This document shows, one piece after another, positions 9,267 to 19,043 of a stretch of DNA of 31,049 bases. Location: the sequence record SRR31156797_2215. One strand, 5' to 3'. The notes beneath the pieces are model-generated. The model was not told where the DNA came from, ran no database searches, and saw nothing but the letters and a program-made list of their open reading frames with translations. The translations under genes were made by a program, and so were the position numbers. How positions within the stretch are numbered: position 1 is the stretch's first letter; the number at the start of each line of letters is the position of its first letter.

Positions 9267-9353
9267 TCCTCTCTAGGCACCAGCAAATCAACATGCGTTA
9301 CCGCTGGCGGATTTCATTCAAACTGCTAGCGAAAAAAATAATGCATCAGCCAG

Positions 9354-9384
9354 AAACTTCCGGTCGTTTTGACGGAAGTTTTTT
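9354..9384 (+). terminator. Lipoprotein gene terminator
   Basis: AAACTTCCG...CGGAAGTTTTTT. Confidence 0.7.
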
Positions 9385-9461
9385 GTGTGCAGAAACAGAT
9401 ACCTTCTACCAATGCTCAAACAAGTTTCAACCTTTTACGGATTACTGGGATGGCGTAACTC

Positions 9462-9493
9462 AAAAAAACTCCCCATCTTGAGATGAGGAGTTT
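9462..9493 (-). terminator. pyrG terminator
   Basis: Minus strand AAACTCCTCATCT-CA-AGATGGGGAGTTTTTTT. Confidence 0.8.
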
Positions 9494-9528
9494 CGCACAT
9501 TCATTCCTTGGTTTGCCGCTAGCGATTA

Positions 9529-11157
<1,629 letters not shown>

Positions 11158-11182
11158 CTATTTTACAGGAAAAGCATTTAGA

Positions 11183-11298
11183 AAATAATAAAAGCTCCCT
11201 ATCCATAAATGAATAGGGAGCGAAAATTCTAAATCACTTTCTGACTCTTGTAAAGAGTGCCCAAACAGAATGATACATTCTCACCTCACAAATGTCAA
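11183..11298 (-). promoter_or_regulatory. pyrG promoter and CTP-sensing reiterative-transcription attenuator
   Basis: TTGACA (11298-11293), 17 nt, TATCAT (11275-11270); predicted start GGGC (11262-11259); leader terminator GCUCCCUAU (11221-11213)/AUAGGGAGC (11202-11194) plus UUUUAUU. This matches the B. subtilis pyrG mechanism. Confidence 0.88.
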
Positions 11299-11487
11299 GA
11301 AAACTTTATCTGATTTTTTCAGAAAAAACGGAGGTTTCCAAACGAAGCGCTTTACGCTTCGTTGCAGCTGGTTTCTTCTTTTTCACGACTAAGTTCTATG
11401 GTTATTCTTTCTTAAACAACCTTCATGTTTTCTGCACAACTTTTTGCAATTTTTTCATTGCTTCTTACGAAATCGTTGAACTCTCTT

Positions 11488-11496
11488 TGGCATAAT
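11488..11496 (+). promoter_or_regulatory. Candidate extended -10 promoter for the tRNA-like RNA
   Basis: TG-g-CATAAT ending 7 nt before the acceptor-like stem; no clear -35. Confidence 0.5.
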
Positions 11497-11503
11497 ACAA
11501 AGT

Positions 11504-11608
11504 GTAGATGAAGTCTGGCGCTTTACTCGTTTTGGTAAAAATGATCGGAACGTATTTCTGGTTATTTTTGGCAAAGACGAGGTGCAGGTTCGATTCCTGC
11601 CTTCTACG
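11504..11608 (+). ncRNA. tRNA-like structured ncRNA with an elongated central stem; resembles the skipping-rope RNA motif
   Basis: Acceptor-like stem GUAGAUG (11504-10)/CUUCUAC (11601-07); D-like arm AAG-UCUGGCG-CUU (11511-23); ~24-bp G-U-rich stem 11526-11550/11556-11581 with CGUAU loop; canonical T-arm GCAGG-UUCGAUU-CCUGC (11584-11600). Confidence 0.75.
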
Positions 11609-11627
11609 CTAATATAATTTTTCTTTT

Positions 11628-11658
11628 GCAGGATAGAGCTAACTATTCTGCTATTTTT
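11628..11658 (+). terminator. Intrinsic terminator downstream of the tRNA-like RNA
   Basis: GCAGGATAG-AGCTAA-CTATTCTGC followed by TATTTTT. Confidence 0.7.
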
Positions 11659-11884
11659 GTCTGCCAAGTAATGTGCTCTGAATGATTATTCCCCAATAAG
11701 GAGTGCCCTCAATAAATACCAAAATTTGATTGCGCTTTTTGATTATCTTTGAGATTATAGATATATATTTAAATTATTTTTTTATGGCATCTTCCGGTAA
11801 TCATTTACCGATAAGGAAACAATCAAATTCTGTTGTCTCCCAAAAGAGATTCTATAGAAGCCACAATTTTGGAGGAAGAAGACA

Positions 11885-12565
11885 ATGACTGCTAAAAACC
11901 AAAAAGCACCAGATACTGTCAAGACACTAATCCGGCCTCGAAATCCTTTACAGATTTTTTTCGCATTCTTGCTCGTGATAGGGCTACCTACCATGCTTTA
12001 TTGTTATTACTATAATTACAGTCCTTTCCCTAGTAAAAAAGTAGCTGGCGTTCCCAATAATCACCTTGTTCAGCTAAAGAACCCTATGGACCTTTCCAGT
12101 TTATTGTTGGATTTTGGCTCACAACTGAAATTTAACACAGTGGCTGAGTCCATGACGGTTTACTTTGATTATTATCAAAAAGGGGAGATAAAAGAACACA
12201 AAATAGTCGCTTCCCTGACAACAGAGCCAAGAAATGATTATAATGGCTATTTGAACATAGGAATTACTAAGAGCGATTCTCTACTCTTCGTTGATTTATT
12301 TTCAAATGGTTCCTCATCAAATACAATGACCGACTTATCTAAATTCCACTATACGTCCCTTGGAGAAGATAGTTTATCTCCTACTGGAGCTAGTACTAGT
12401 ATTCCCAATAACGAGCTTAACATTGAGAAAAAACAAGAAATTCCGTTGCTTTATATTGCCAAGGGCGGTGACGTCAAACTATATGCTGAAATGAAAAACA
12501 ATCTATCTGAAGAAAATTTAAAAAGCGTTGAAAACGTCTATTACATTTACTTAATAGTAGAATAA
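11885..12565 (+). CDS. Hypothetical membrane-anchored protein (single N-terminal TM helix)
   Basis: 226-aa ORF, RBS GGAGGA, hydrophobic IFFAFLLVIGLPTMLY segment, AT-rich, downstream terminator; no family recognised. Confidence 0.75.
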   Translation: MTAKNQKAPDTVKTLIRPRNPLQIFFAFLLVIGLPTMLYCYYYNYSPFPSKKVAGVPNNHLVQLKNPMDLSSLLLDFGSQLKFNTVAESMTVYFDYYQKGEIKEHKIVASLTTEPRNDYNGYLNIGITKSDSLLFVDLFSNGSSSNTMTDLSKFHYTSLGEDSLSPTGASTSIPNNELNIEKKQEIPLLYIAKGGDVKLYAEMKNNLSEENLKSVENVYYIYLIVE

Positions 12566-12567
12566 CG

Positions 12568-12605
12568 AAAAAAGACCAGTTCAGGATGCTGAGCTGGTCT
12601 TTTTT
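12568..12605. terminator. Bidirectional intrinsic terminator
   Basis: AAAAAAGACCAGTTCAG-GATG-CTGAGCTGGTCTTTTTT between convergent genes. Confidence 0.85.
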
Positions 12606-12620
12606 CTGTCACACTGTCGA

Positions 12621-13337
12621 TTAATTCCGACGGTTGTTATTACCAAATAAAATAATCAAACGTAAGAGTTGCAATAAGGTTGCTACGGCAGCTGCGACAT
12701 AGGTCAACGCTGCGGCAAAGAGCACTCTTCTCGCTTGTGGTACTTCCTCTTCTGTTAACAAGCCACCATCTGCCAAAATACGGATCGCCCGTTTTGAGGC
12801 ATCGAACTCGACTGGCAAGGTCACTAATTGGAAAATAAACGCTAATGAGAAAGCCAACAAACCTAAGTTGATCAGAAACGAGCCTCGTAACAGTACCCCG
12901 ATCAAAATCAACGGGATCGAGATGCTGGTTCCGATATTGGCGATCGGTACGATCGCATGACGCAAACGCAAAGGAAAATAGCCTTTGGCATCTTGGACTG
13001 CGTGACCACACTCATGGGCCGCAACACCGATTGCTGCTACCGAAGTTGATTGTGCGGTGGATTGTGATAAACTCAGCATTTTGTTGCCAGAATTGTAATT
13101 ATCCGTCAAATCACCAGCGATCGCTTGCACACCAACATTATTGATTCCTTGGCTCTGCAAGATGTACTGTGCCGCTTTTGTGCCGGTAATATTATTTTTA
13201 CTTCTGACTTTGTCATATTTGTTAAAGGTACTTTTGACATACGCTGACGCTGCTAGCGAAATCACCATACCGATAATTACGAGAATGAAAGTCGGGTCAT
13301 AAAAAAAGCCGAACCCGTATCCGCCCATACCATACAC
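12621..13337 (-). CDS. Membrane neutral zinc metallopeptidase (YugP / Zn_peptidase_2 family)
   Basis: LTDNY, VAAHECGHAVQ (HExxH), VTLPVEFDASKRA, AAALTYVAA; GTG start after a GGGGG RBS. Confidence 0.9.
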   Translation of the reverse strand: MYGMGGYGFGFFYDPTFILVIIGMVISLAASAYVKSTFNKYDKVRSKNNITGTKAAQYILQSQGINNVGVQAIAGDLTDNYNSGNKMLSLSQSTAQSTSVAAIGVAAHECGHAVQDAKGYFPLRLRHAIVPIANIGTSISIPLILIGVLLRGSFLINLGLLAFSLAFIFQLVTLPVEFDASKRAIRILADGGLLTEEEVPQARRVLFAAALTYVAAAVATLLQLLRLIILFGNNNRRN

Positions 13338-13422
13338 GATAAAATTCCCCCTTTTAATCTTTGACCTTATTTTACCATTAAAGTGGTGAAAAAATTATGA
13401 AGATGACTGGAAGATTTTGTTT

Positions 13423-13755
13423 TTAACCTTTTTTTACAAATTCTGATTTTAGTTTCATTGGGCCGAAGCCATCGATCTTGCAATCAATGTTATGGTCGCC
13501 TTCGACTAATTTGATGTTTTTCACTTTCGTTCCTTGTTTGATGGCGCCAGATGCGCCTTTGACTTTCAAGTCTTTGATGACCGTTACTGTATCACCATCT
13601 ACTAAAATATTGCCATTGGCATCTTTGTATACGGGTGCTTCTTCCGCCGCCTGTTGCTCTTGCCATTCGTTTCCGCATTCAGGACAAACAAACAGCCCGC
13701 GATCTTCATAAGCGTATTCAGATTGGCAATTTGGACAATTAGGAATTTGAGTCAT
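13423..13755 (-). CDS. yjdM: PhnA/YjdM zinc-ribbon protein
   Basis: CPNC...[41 protein letters not shown]. Confidence 0.93.
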   Translation of the reverse strand: MTQIPNCPNCQSEYAYEDRGLFVCPECGNEWQEQQAAEEAPVYKDANGNILVDGDTVTVIKDLKVKGASGAIKQGTKVKNIKLVEGDHNIDCKIDGFGPMKLKSEFVKKG

Positions 13756-13859
13756 AGTGTTGCTCCTTTAAAATATAATTTTCGCTGTAAAAAAACAACT
13801 CACCATCAGCATACCGAAAAACCACTAGTGGCGCAACCAAAAATCAGTGACCGATAAGC

Positions 13860-13896
13860 AAAAAAATCGCTTCTGTAGAGTAATAACAGAAGCGAT
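13860..13896 (-). terminator. met transporter operon terminator
   Basis: ATCGCTTCTGT (13866-76)/ACAGAAGCGAT (13886-96) with a T-tract on the minus strand. Confidence 0.8.
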
Positions 13897-13937
13897 AATT
13901 CAAGTGTATCCGAAAAGGAACTACACAGAATTCATTT

Positions 13938-14597
13938 TTATTTCGAGAAATAATTTGCACAAGCATCGCCGATCCACTGGATGAGTTGTACCAAAAGGAT
14001 CAACAAGAGAATCACCACAATCAAAATCGCCGTTTCATAGCGATAATAACCATACTGAATCGCTAAATCGCCAATGCCGCCTGCGCCAATCGTTCCCACC
14101 ATCGCCGAGTAGCCTAAAAGACTGATCAAAGTTAACACAAATCCGCGAATCAAAGCTGGCAGACTTTCTGGTAAAATCACTTCGCGAATAACTTGCCCCG
14201 TCGATGCTCCGGAAGCGACACTAGCTTCAAGGACGCCATAGTCGATTTCGGCAAATGCGGATTCAGCGATTCGGGCGTAAAAAGGAATCGCGGCAATCGA
14301 TAAAGCAATCGCTCCGCCCGCCGGGGTATAAGGATCACCGATCAGCACCGCTGATAACGGAATCAACGTAATCAATAAGATCAAAAATGGTAGCGAACGG
14401 ATTGCATTGACGACAAAATCGGCCAGATGATGCAAGAAAACATTTTTATGAAAAAGGTTACTGCCGACTAAAAACAGGACTAATCCAATCAATAAGCCGA
14501 AAACTACTCCTATAATTGCTGAAGTTCCCACCATGAAGAATGTTTCCCATAGTGCTTGGGGCAGGTTTGTTTTTAAAATCTCAAGCGTATCAGCCAT
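13938..14597 (-). CDS. metI: Methionine ABC transporter permease
   Basis: NAIRSLPFLIL, PFYARIAE, GYSAMVGTIGAGGIGDLAIQYGY. ATG at 14597 is preferred (RBS AGGTGA, overlaps the metN stop). Confidence 0.92.
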   Translation of the reverse strand: MADTLEILKTNLPQALWETFFMVGTSAIIGVVFGLLIGLVLFLVGSNLFHKNVFLHHLADFVVNAIRSLPFLILLITLIPLSAVLIGDPYTPAGGAIALSIAAIPFYARIAESAFAEIDYGVLEASVASGASTGQVIREVILPESLPALIRGFVLTLISLLGYSAMVGTIGAGGIGDLAIQYGYYRYETAILIVVILLLILLVQLIQWIGDACANYFSK

Positions 14598-15615
14598 TTT
14601 CTTCACCTATCTTTCTTAGAGAAAAGACGTTCGCAGCTAGGTATTCTCGGGCTTTTGCTGCTTCTTCGGCGGGTCCGGTCAAATAGATATACAAAATACC
14701 GATCACATCTTTTTTGATATACTCAATTTTTCCGTGGATAATATTGATCGATACATCATAGGCTTTGGCTACAGTCGAAATCAGCGGTTCTAACGTATAC
14801 TCACCTTGGTAGCGCAATTCCAGCAAGTCGCCTTGCGTGAAAGATGCTAGAATCTCTTCAGGAAGCGTCAGATCCAAGTAGCGGCCTACCAGTTTTTTCG
14901 TAATAGGCTGTTTAGGCTGACTGAACAAGCCATAGGTCGTTTGTTCTTCAACGATGCGCCCCTTTTCCATCACTGCCACCCGATCAAAAAACTTACGGGC
15001 AACATCCAATTCATGAGTGATAAAGACGATGGTGATGCCTGTCTGTTCCTTGATTCGGATCAACAATTTCAAAATTTCTTCGGTCGTTTCAACATCTAAC
15101 GCACTGGTAGCTTCGTCACACAACAAAATCTCAGGTTCGTTGGCAATCGCTCGTGCAATGCCGATCCGTTGCTTTTCTCCCCCAGACAAATTATTCGGAT
15201 ACTCGTGAATTTTGTGAGGCAGATCCACCATTTCCAACAGTTCCTTGATCCTCGCTTCTTGCTGATCTTGCGGATAATGCCCAGCGCGCAAAGCAAAGGC
15301 TAAATTTTCCTTGATGGTTCGATTATGGATCAGATTGAAATGCTGAAAGATCATCCCGATTTTTTGTCGTACTTCACGCAAGTGTTTGCCTTTGGCTTGC
15401 GTGATGTCTTGACCATCAATCAGAATTTGACCGCTAGAGGGCACCTGCAGTAGATTCAACGTACGAACCAAGGTACTTTTCCCAGCCCCGCTCAATCCGA
15501 CGATCCCGTATACTTCTCCAGCTTGAACGGAAAAATCAACGGAATCCACTGCTTTTTTGATTTTTTTTTTATGAGTGAATGTCACTGATACTTGTTTTAC
15601 TTCTATTTTTGCCAT
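14590..15615 (-). CDS. metN: Methionine ABC transporter ATP-binding protein
   Basis: GLSGAGKST, GMIFQHFNL, LSGGEKQR, LLCDEATSALD, C-terminal NIL domain. Confidence 0.94.
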   Translation of the reverse strand: MAKIEVKQVSVTFTHKKKIKKAVDSVDFSVQAGEVYGIVGLSGAGKSTLVRTLNLLQVPSSGQILIDGQDITQAKGKHLREVRQKIGMIFQHFNLIHNRTIKENLAFALRAGHYPQDQQEARIKELLEMVDLPHKIHEYPNNLSGGEKQRIGIARAIANEPEILLCDEATSALDVETTEEILKLLIRIKEQTGITIVFITHELDVARKFFDRVAVMEKGRIVEEQTTYGLFSQPKQPITKKLVGRYLDLTLPEEILASFTQGDLLELRYQGEYTLEPLISTVAKAYDVSINIIHGKIEYIKKDVIGILYIYLTGPAEEAAKAREYLAANVFSLRKIGEENG

Positions 15616-15629
15616 AAGATATGCCCTTC

Positions 15630-16487
15630 TTACTCAGTCCAAAATTTCGGTTGATCAAAGTTGCTGAACGGTGATTCGGCAATCGCTTCTTTAAATGCAT
15701 CACTTTCTAATACTTCCGTAACTGCCTTAGCAAAATCACTGTCTTCTTCTTCGGAGGACACCACAAAGACATTTTTATATTCTTCTTTCAATGACTCCAA
15801 CGCCAAAGCATCTGCGGGATCAAGAGAAGCCGCCCAAGCGAAGTTTCCTGGTACTAAAGCTAAATCGACTGTATCTAACGAACGAGCCAATTGAGCTGCG
15901 TCTAATTCTTTAAATGTCAGATTCTTCGGATTTCCTTCGATGTCATTCACTGTTGCTTTCGTTTCGTCGATATTGTCTGCGATGGTGATCAACTCATTGG
16001 CAGCTAACAGTTGCAAGGTCCGAGCTAAATTTGAGGCATCATTGGCAATCGAAACAGTCGCCTCGTCTGCTAACTCATCCAAGCTGGACAGTTGCTTCGA
16101 ATAGATGCCCATTCCCAGTGTGGGCACTTTTTGTAATGCCGTAATGGATAACTGGTTATCTGCCGAAAATTTTTCTAGATAGGCCGTATGTTGAAACAAA
16201 TTGGCATCGATTTGGCCATTCGCCAAGGCATTGTTCGGCTGAATATAATCATTAAACACTTTGGTCGTAAGTTGATACCCTTTTTCTTCCAGTAATGGAG
16301 AAATCACCTCTGTCACCATGTCCCCGTATGGTCCCGGCGCCACTCCAACGACTTTTTCTTCCACTGCATTTACACTGTTTTCACCAGACTGTGTATCCCC
16401 TGTGCTGCTAGTATTGCCACAAGCTGCCAATGTAATTAAGACAGCAGCAGCAACTAATCCAACGACTCCCTTTTTCAACTGTTTCAT
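15630..16487 (-). CDS. metQ: MetQ/NlpA-family ABC substrate-binding lipoprotein
   Basis: True start MKQLKKG at 16487 (RBS GAGGGG), lipobox LAAC, FNDYIQPN...DANLFQH, NDASNLAR. Confidence 0.9.
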   Translation of the reverse strand: MKQLKKGVVGLVAAAVLITLAACGNTSSTGDTQSGENSVNAVEEKVVGVAPGPYGDMVTEVISPLLEEKGYQLTTKVFNDYIQPNNALANGQIDANLFQHTAYLEKFSADNQLSITALQKVPTLGMGIYSKQLSSLDELADEATVSIANDASNLARTLQLLAANELITIADNIDETKATVNDIEGNPKNLTFKELDAAQLARSLDTVDLALVPGNFAWAASLDPADALALESLKEEYKNVFVVSSEEEDSDFAKAVTEVLESDAFKEAIAESPFSNFDQPKFWTE

Positions 16488-16511
16488 TTTTTTGTTCCCC
16501 CTTTTTATAAT

Positions 16512-16770
16512 AAAAAAACGTCCTTTCTCCATCATAGAGAAAGGACGAAACAACCTTGTTCGTGGTACCACCTTTAATTCATTGGCACAAGCTGCCAACC
16601 TTATCAGTTTATCAACTGCTTTGCTATAACGGGCAATCCCGCTGCACGCTTGCTTTTGCTCACGTCCAAACGCTCCAAGGCCATCTTCAGTCAAACGGCT
16701 GTGCTCTTTCTCACCAATCCGAGCTCTCTGATCCAATCGAAACTGACTTACTCTTCTTATCATCGCGTGT
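16512..16770 (-). ncRNA. T-box riboswitch, Met specifier (AUG)
   Basis: Stem I with AGUA, AGAGAG and GGUGAG motifs; specifier loop GAAG-AUG-GCC (codon 16684-16682); T-box AAGGUGGUACCACG (16574-16561); terminator CGUCCUUUCUC/GAGAAAGGACG plus U7. Confidence 0.93.
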
Positions 16771-16787
16771 TTTTTAATTTGTGTTTA

Positions 16788-16816
16788 ACTATACGATAGC
16801 CTCAAATGAATGTCAA
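16788..16816 (-). promoter_or_regulatory. Sigma-A promoter of the T-box/metQNI operon
   Basis: TTGACA (16816-16811), 17 nt, TATAGT (16793-16788). Confidence 0.8.
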
Positions 16817-16865
16817 TTCTTTTTTTCACGAAAATATCATCTTTTTGCAATAACTTTCACAGTGT

Positions 16866-17699
16866 TTACAGAGTCAAATTCTCATCTAGAATCAAGCCTT
16901 CAGAGACCATAACCGCATCACCGATCAATTCTAATGCGCCCTGATCAACATCAACTTCTACCGTTAACTCGCCACCTAACACGTGCAGCAAGACATTCGC
17001 TGCCGCTTGCTGGTGACGTTTGGTCACGACATACGCAGTGGCACCAGAACCTGTGCCGCACGCATAGGTAAAACCTTCCACCCCTCGTTCATACGTGCGA
17101 ACGATCAGATCACCCTTGTCATCTTCTTCATAGAAATTGACATTCGCCCCTTTGGGGAAAACCTCCCAATAGCGTATCTCTTTGGCAAGTTCAGCCAGCT
17201 GTTCCAACTCAGTTTCTGCCAGACCAGGATAGTGAACCACCGCATGAGGGATTCCTGGATCACCCAATTCCACATAGTCCACGAAAGAAACCATTGGATT
17301 CGGGTACGCTTGATCAAATGTAGTCACGGTCGGTGGATTCAAGGTTACTTTGTAGTGTTTTGCCGACAAGCGCCATGCGGGGACATCGCCAGCAACTGTT
17401 TCGATGGTCATCTGCTCGCCAGCAATTCCCTTCTCAAAGGCATAACGGGCAATACAGCGAGCGCCGTTGCCGCACATTTCTGCTTCGGTCCCATCAGCAT
17501 TGTAAAACCGCATCCGAAAATCAGCGGTTCCTGTGGGAAAATCCACTGCCATGACTGCATCCGCGCCAACAGAAAATTTCCGATGGCAAACTTGAGCAGC
17601 AAATTGCGACAGTTGTTCATGGGAGAATTTCAATGTGCGGTTATCGATTACGATAAAATCATTCCCCGCACCTTGCATTTTTGTATAAGGAATCGTCAT
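16866..17699 (-). CDS. dapF: Diaminopimelate epimerase
   Basis: KMQGAGNDF, NADGTEAEMCGNGARC, GxPH, RTYERGVEGFTYACGTG; both catalytic Cys present. Confidence 0.96.
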   Translation of the reverse strand: MTIPYTKMQGAGNDFIVIDNRTLKFSHEQLSQFAAQVCHRKFSVGADAVMAVDFPTGTADFRMRFYNADGTEAEMCGNGARCIARYAFEKGIAGEQMTIETVAGDVPAWRLSAKHYKVTLNPPTVTTFDQAYPNPMVSFVDYVELGDPGIPHAVVHYPGLAETELEQLAELAKEIRYWEVFPKGANVNFYEEDDKGDLIVRTYERGVEGFTYACGTGSGATAYVVTKRHQQAAANVLLHVLGGELTVEVDVDQGALELIGDAVMVSEGLILDENLTL

Positions 17700-17722
17700 G
17701 TTGTCACCTGCTTTTCAAAATT

Positions 17723-19039
17723 TTACTTGCTGGAAGCTTCTTCTTTTAGAAATGAAGGAACCACTTCATTTTGCAGCATTTGCTCGTAGGACTGGCGTTT
17801 AACAGCTAATTCCGCTTGGCCGTTTTCTACAAAAACGACTGCGGGTATCTGTAAATTATTGTAGCTGCTGGCCATCGAATAGCCGTAAGCTCCTGTTGCG
17901 AACGTAGCAAACAGATCCCCAGTTTCAACGGGCGGTAATGCAAGATCTTTTACTAAGATGTCTGTGCTCTCACAAGCTTTACCAGAAATGGTGATCTTCT
18001 GTGTCGCTGCTTCGGAAGCGCGGTTGGCTAAGATCCCAGTGTAAGTTGCCTGATAAAGACCAGGACGAATATTGTCTGTCATGCCACCGTCAATGCTGGC
18101 GTATGTTCTGATTCCCGGCAATGTCTTGATACTGCCGATGGTGTGCAAACTGATACCTGCTTCTGCGACGATACTGCGACCGGGTTCAATAACGATGGTC
18201 GGACGTTCGCTCTGGTGCTGCGCATAAAAGGCGTCGATTTTTTCCATCACAGGATCTAAAAAATAGCTGTAGGGTTGGCGAATATCTGCATCTGTGTATC
18301 GAACGCCAAAGCCGCCGCCAACATTTAGTTCTTTGATCCAATAATCAAAGCGTTCATGAATGGTTTGGACAAGGGCCAAAGCCGCATCAACTGCCGCTAG
18401 ATGTGAGCGATTGTCCGACAATTGACTGCCGACATGAAAATGCAGGCCATAGAAATCCAATTCAGGTGCTTGAATCACTTCTTCCACTAATGGAAATAAG
18501 ATTTCTTCATCTAAAGGAATCCCGAATTTTGAATCTTTTTGTCCGGTCGAGATAAATTGATGGGTGCTGACCGAAACCTCGGGTGTGATGCGCAACAAGA
18601 TTTTAGCAACGACTTGCTTTTCTTGACATAACGCGCGAATCAAGCCGACTTCTTGAATGCCATCAACGATGATCCGTCCCACGCCATAATCAAGGGCGGC
18701 TGCTAATTCTTCAATGGATTTGTTATTGCCGTTAAACTCGATGTGTTCTGCTGGAAAATCAGCTTGGATCGCTGTATACAGCTCCCCACCGCTAACCACG
18801 TCTAATGAAAGTCCTTCTGACTTGATCACTTGCAGCATCGCTGTAGTACAGAAAGCTTTAGCGGCATATGCTGCTCGTGTCTTGCTGTAGCGCGTCAAAA
18901 ACTGCGCCTGAATCTTTTGGCATTCTTCGCGAATCTCCGAAACGGAATACACGTAAAGGGGGGTTCCAAAGGTTTTTGCCAGTTCAACGGTATCGCAACC
19001 GTCAATGTATAAGTGATTGTTCTTGATTTCTTTTGCCAT
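17723..19039 (-). CDS. lysA: Diaminopimelate decarboxylase
   Basis: GTPLYVY, YAAKAF (PLP Lys), DVVSGGEL, SKFG, HFHVGSQ, EPGRS, CESTD, GAYGYSMASSYN. Confidence 0.96.
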   Translation of the reverse strand: MAKEIKNNHLYIDGCDTVELAKTFGTPLYVYSVSEIREECQKIQAQFLTRYSKTRAAYAAKAFCTTAMLQVIKSEGLSLDVVSGGELYTAIQADFPAEHIEFNGNNKSIEELAAALDYGVGRIIVDGIQEVGLIRALCQEKQVVAKILLRITPEVSVSTHQFISTGQKDSKFGIPLDEEILFPLVEEVIQAPELDFYGLHFHVGSQLSDNRSHLAAVDAALALVQTIHERFDYWIKELNVGGGFGVRYTDADIRQPYSYFLDPVMEKIDAFYAQHQSERPTIVIEPGRSIVAEAGISLHTIGSIKTLPGIRTYASIDGGMTDNIRPGLYQATYTGILANRASEAATQKITISGKACESTDILVKDLALPPVETGDLFATFATGAYGYSMASSYNNLQIPAVVFVENGQAELAVKRQSYEQMLQNEVVPSFLKEEASSK

Positions 19040-19043
19040 CGCT

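Noticed and set aside
11504-11611. Canonical tRNA gene or tRNA-derived attachment site
   Set aside because: The central arm is ~24 bp, there is no U33/purine-37 loop and no CCA; no integrase or duplicated 3' fragment appears in the window.
11504-11658. tmRNA or T-box fragment
   Set aside because: Far too short for tmRNA, with no tag ORF or Ala acceptor identity; no UGGNACC antiterminator.
11292-11667. Short ORFs 11292-11495 (+) and 11455-11667 (-)
   Set aside because: No convincing RBS; they overlap the pyrG promoter and the structured RNA.
16488-16763. 92-aa N-terminal extension of MetQ in the ORF track
   Set aside because: It runs through the T-box leader; the signal peptide and RBS indicate a start at 16487.
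16983-17789. 268-aa + strand ORF
   Set aside because: Antisense shadow of dapF, with no RBS or recognisable domain.
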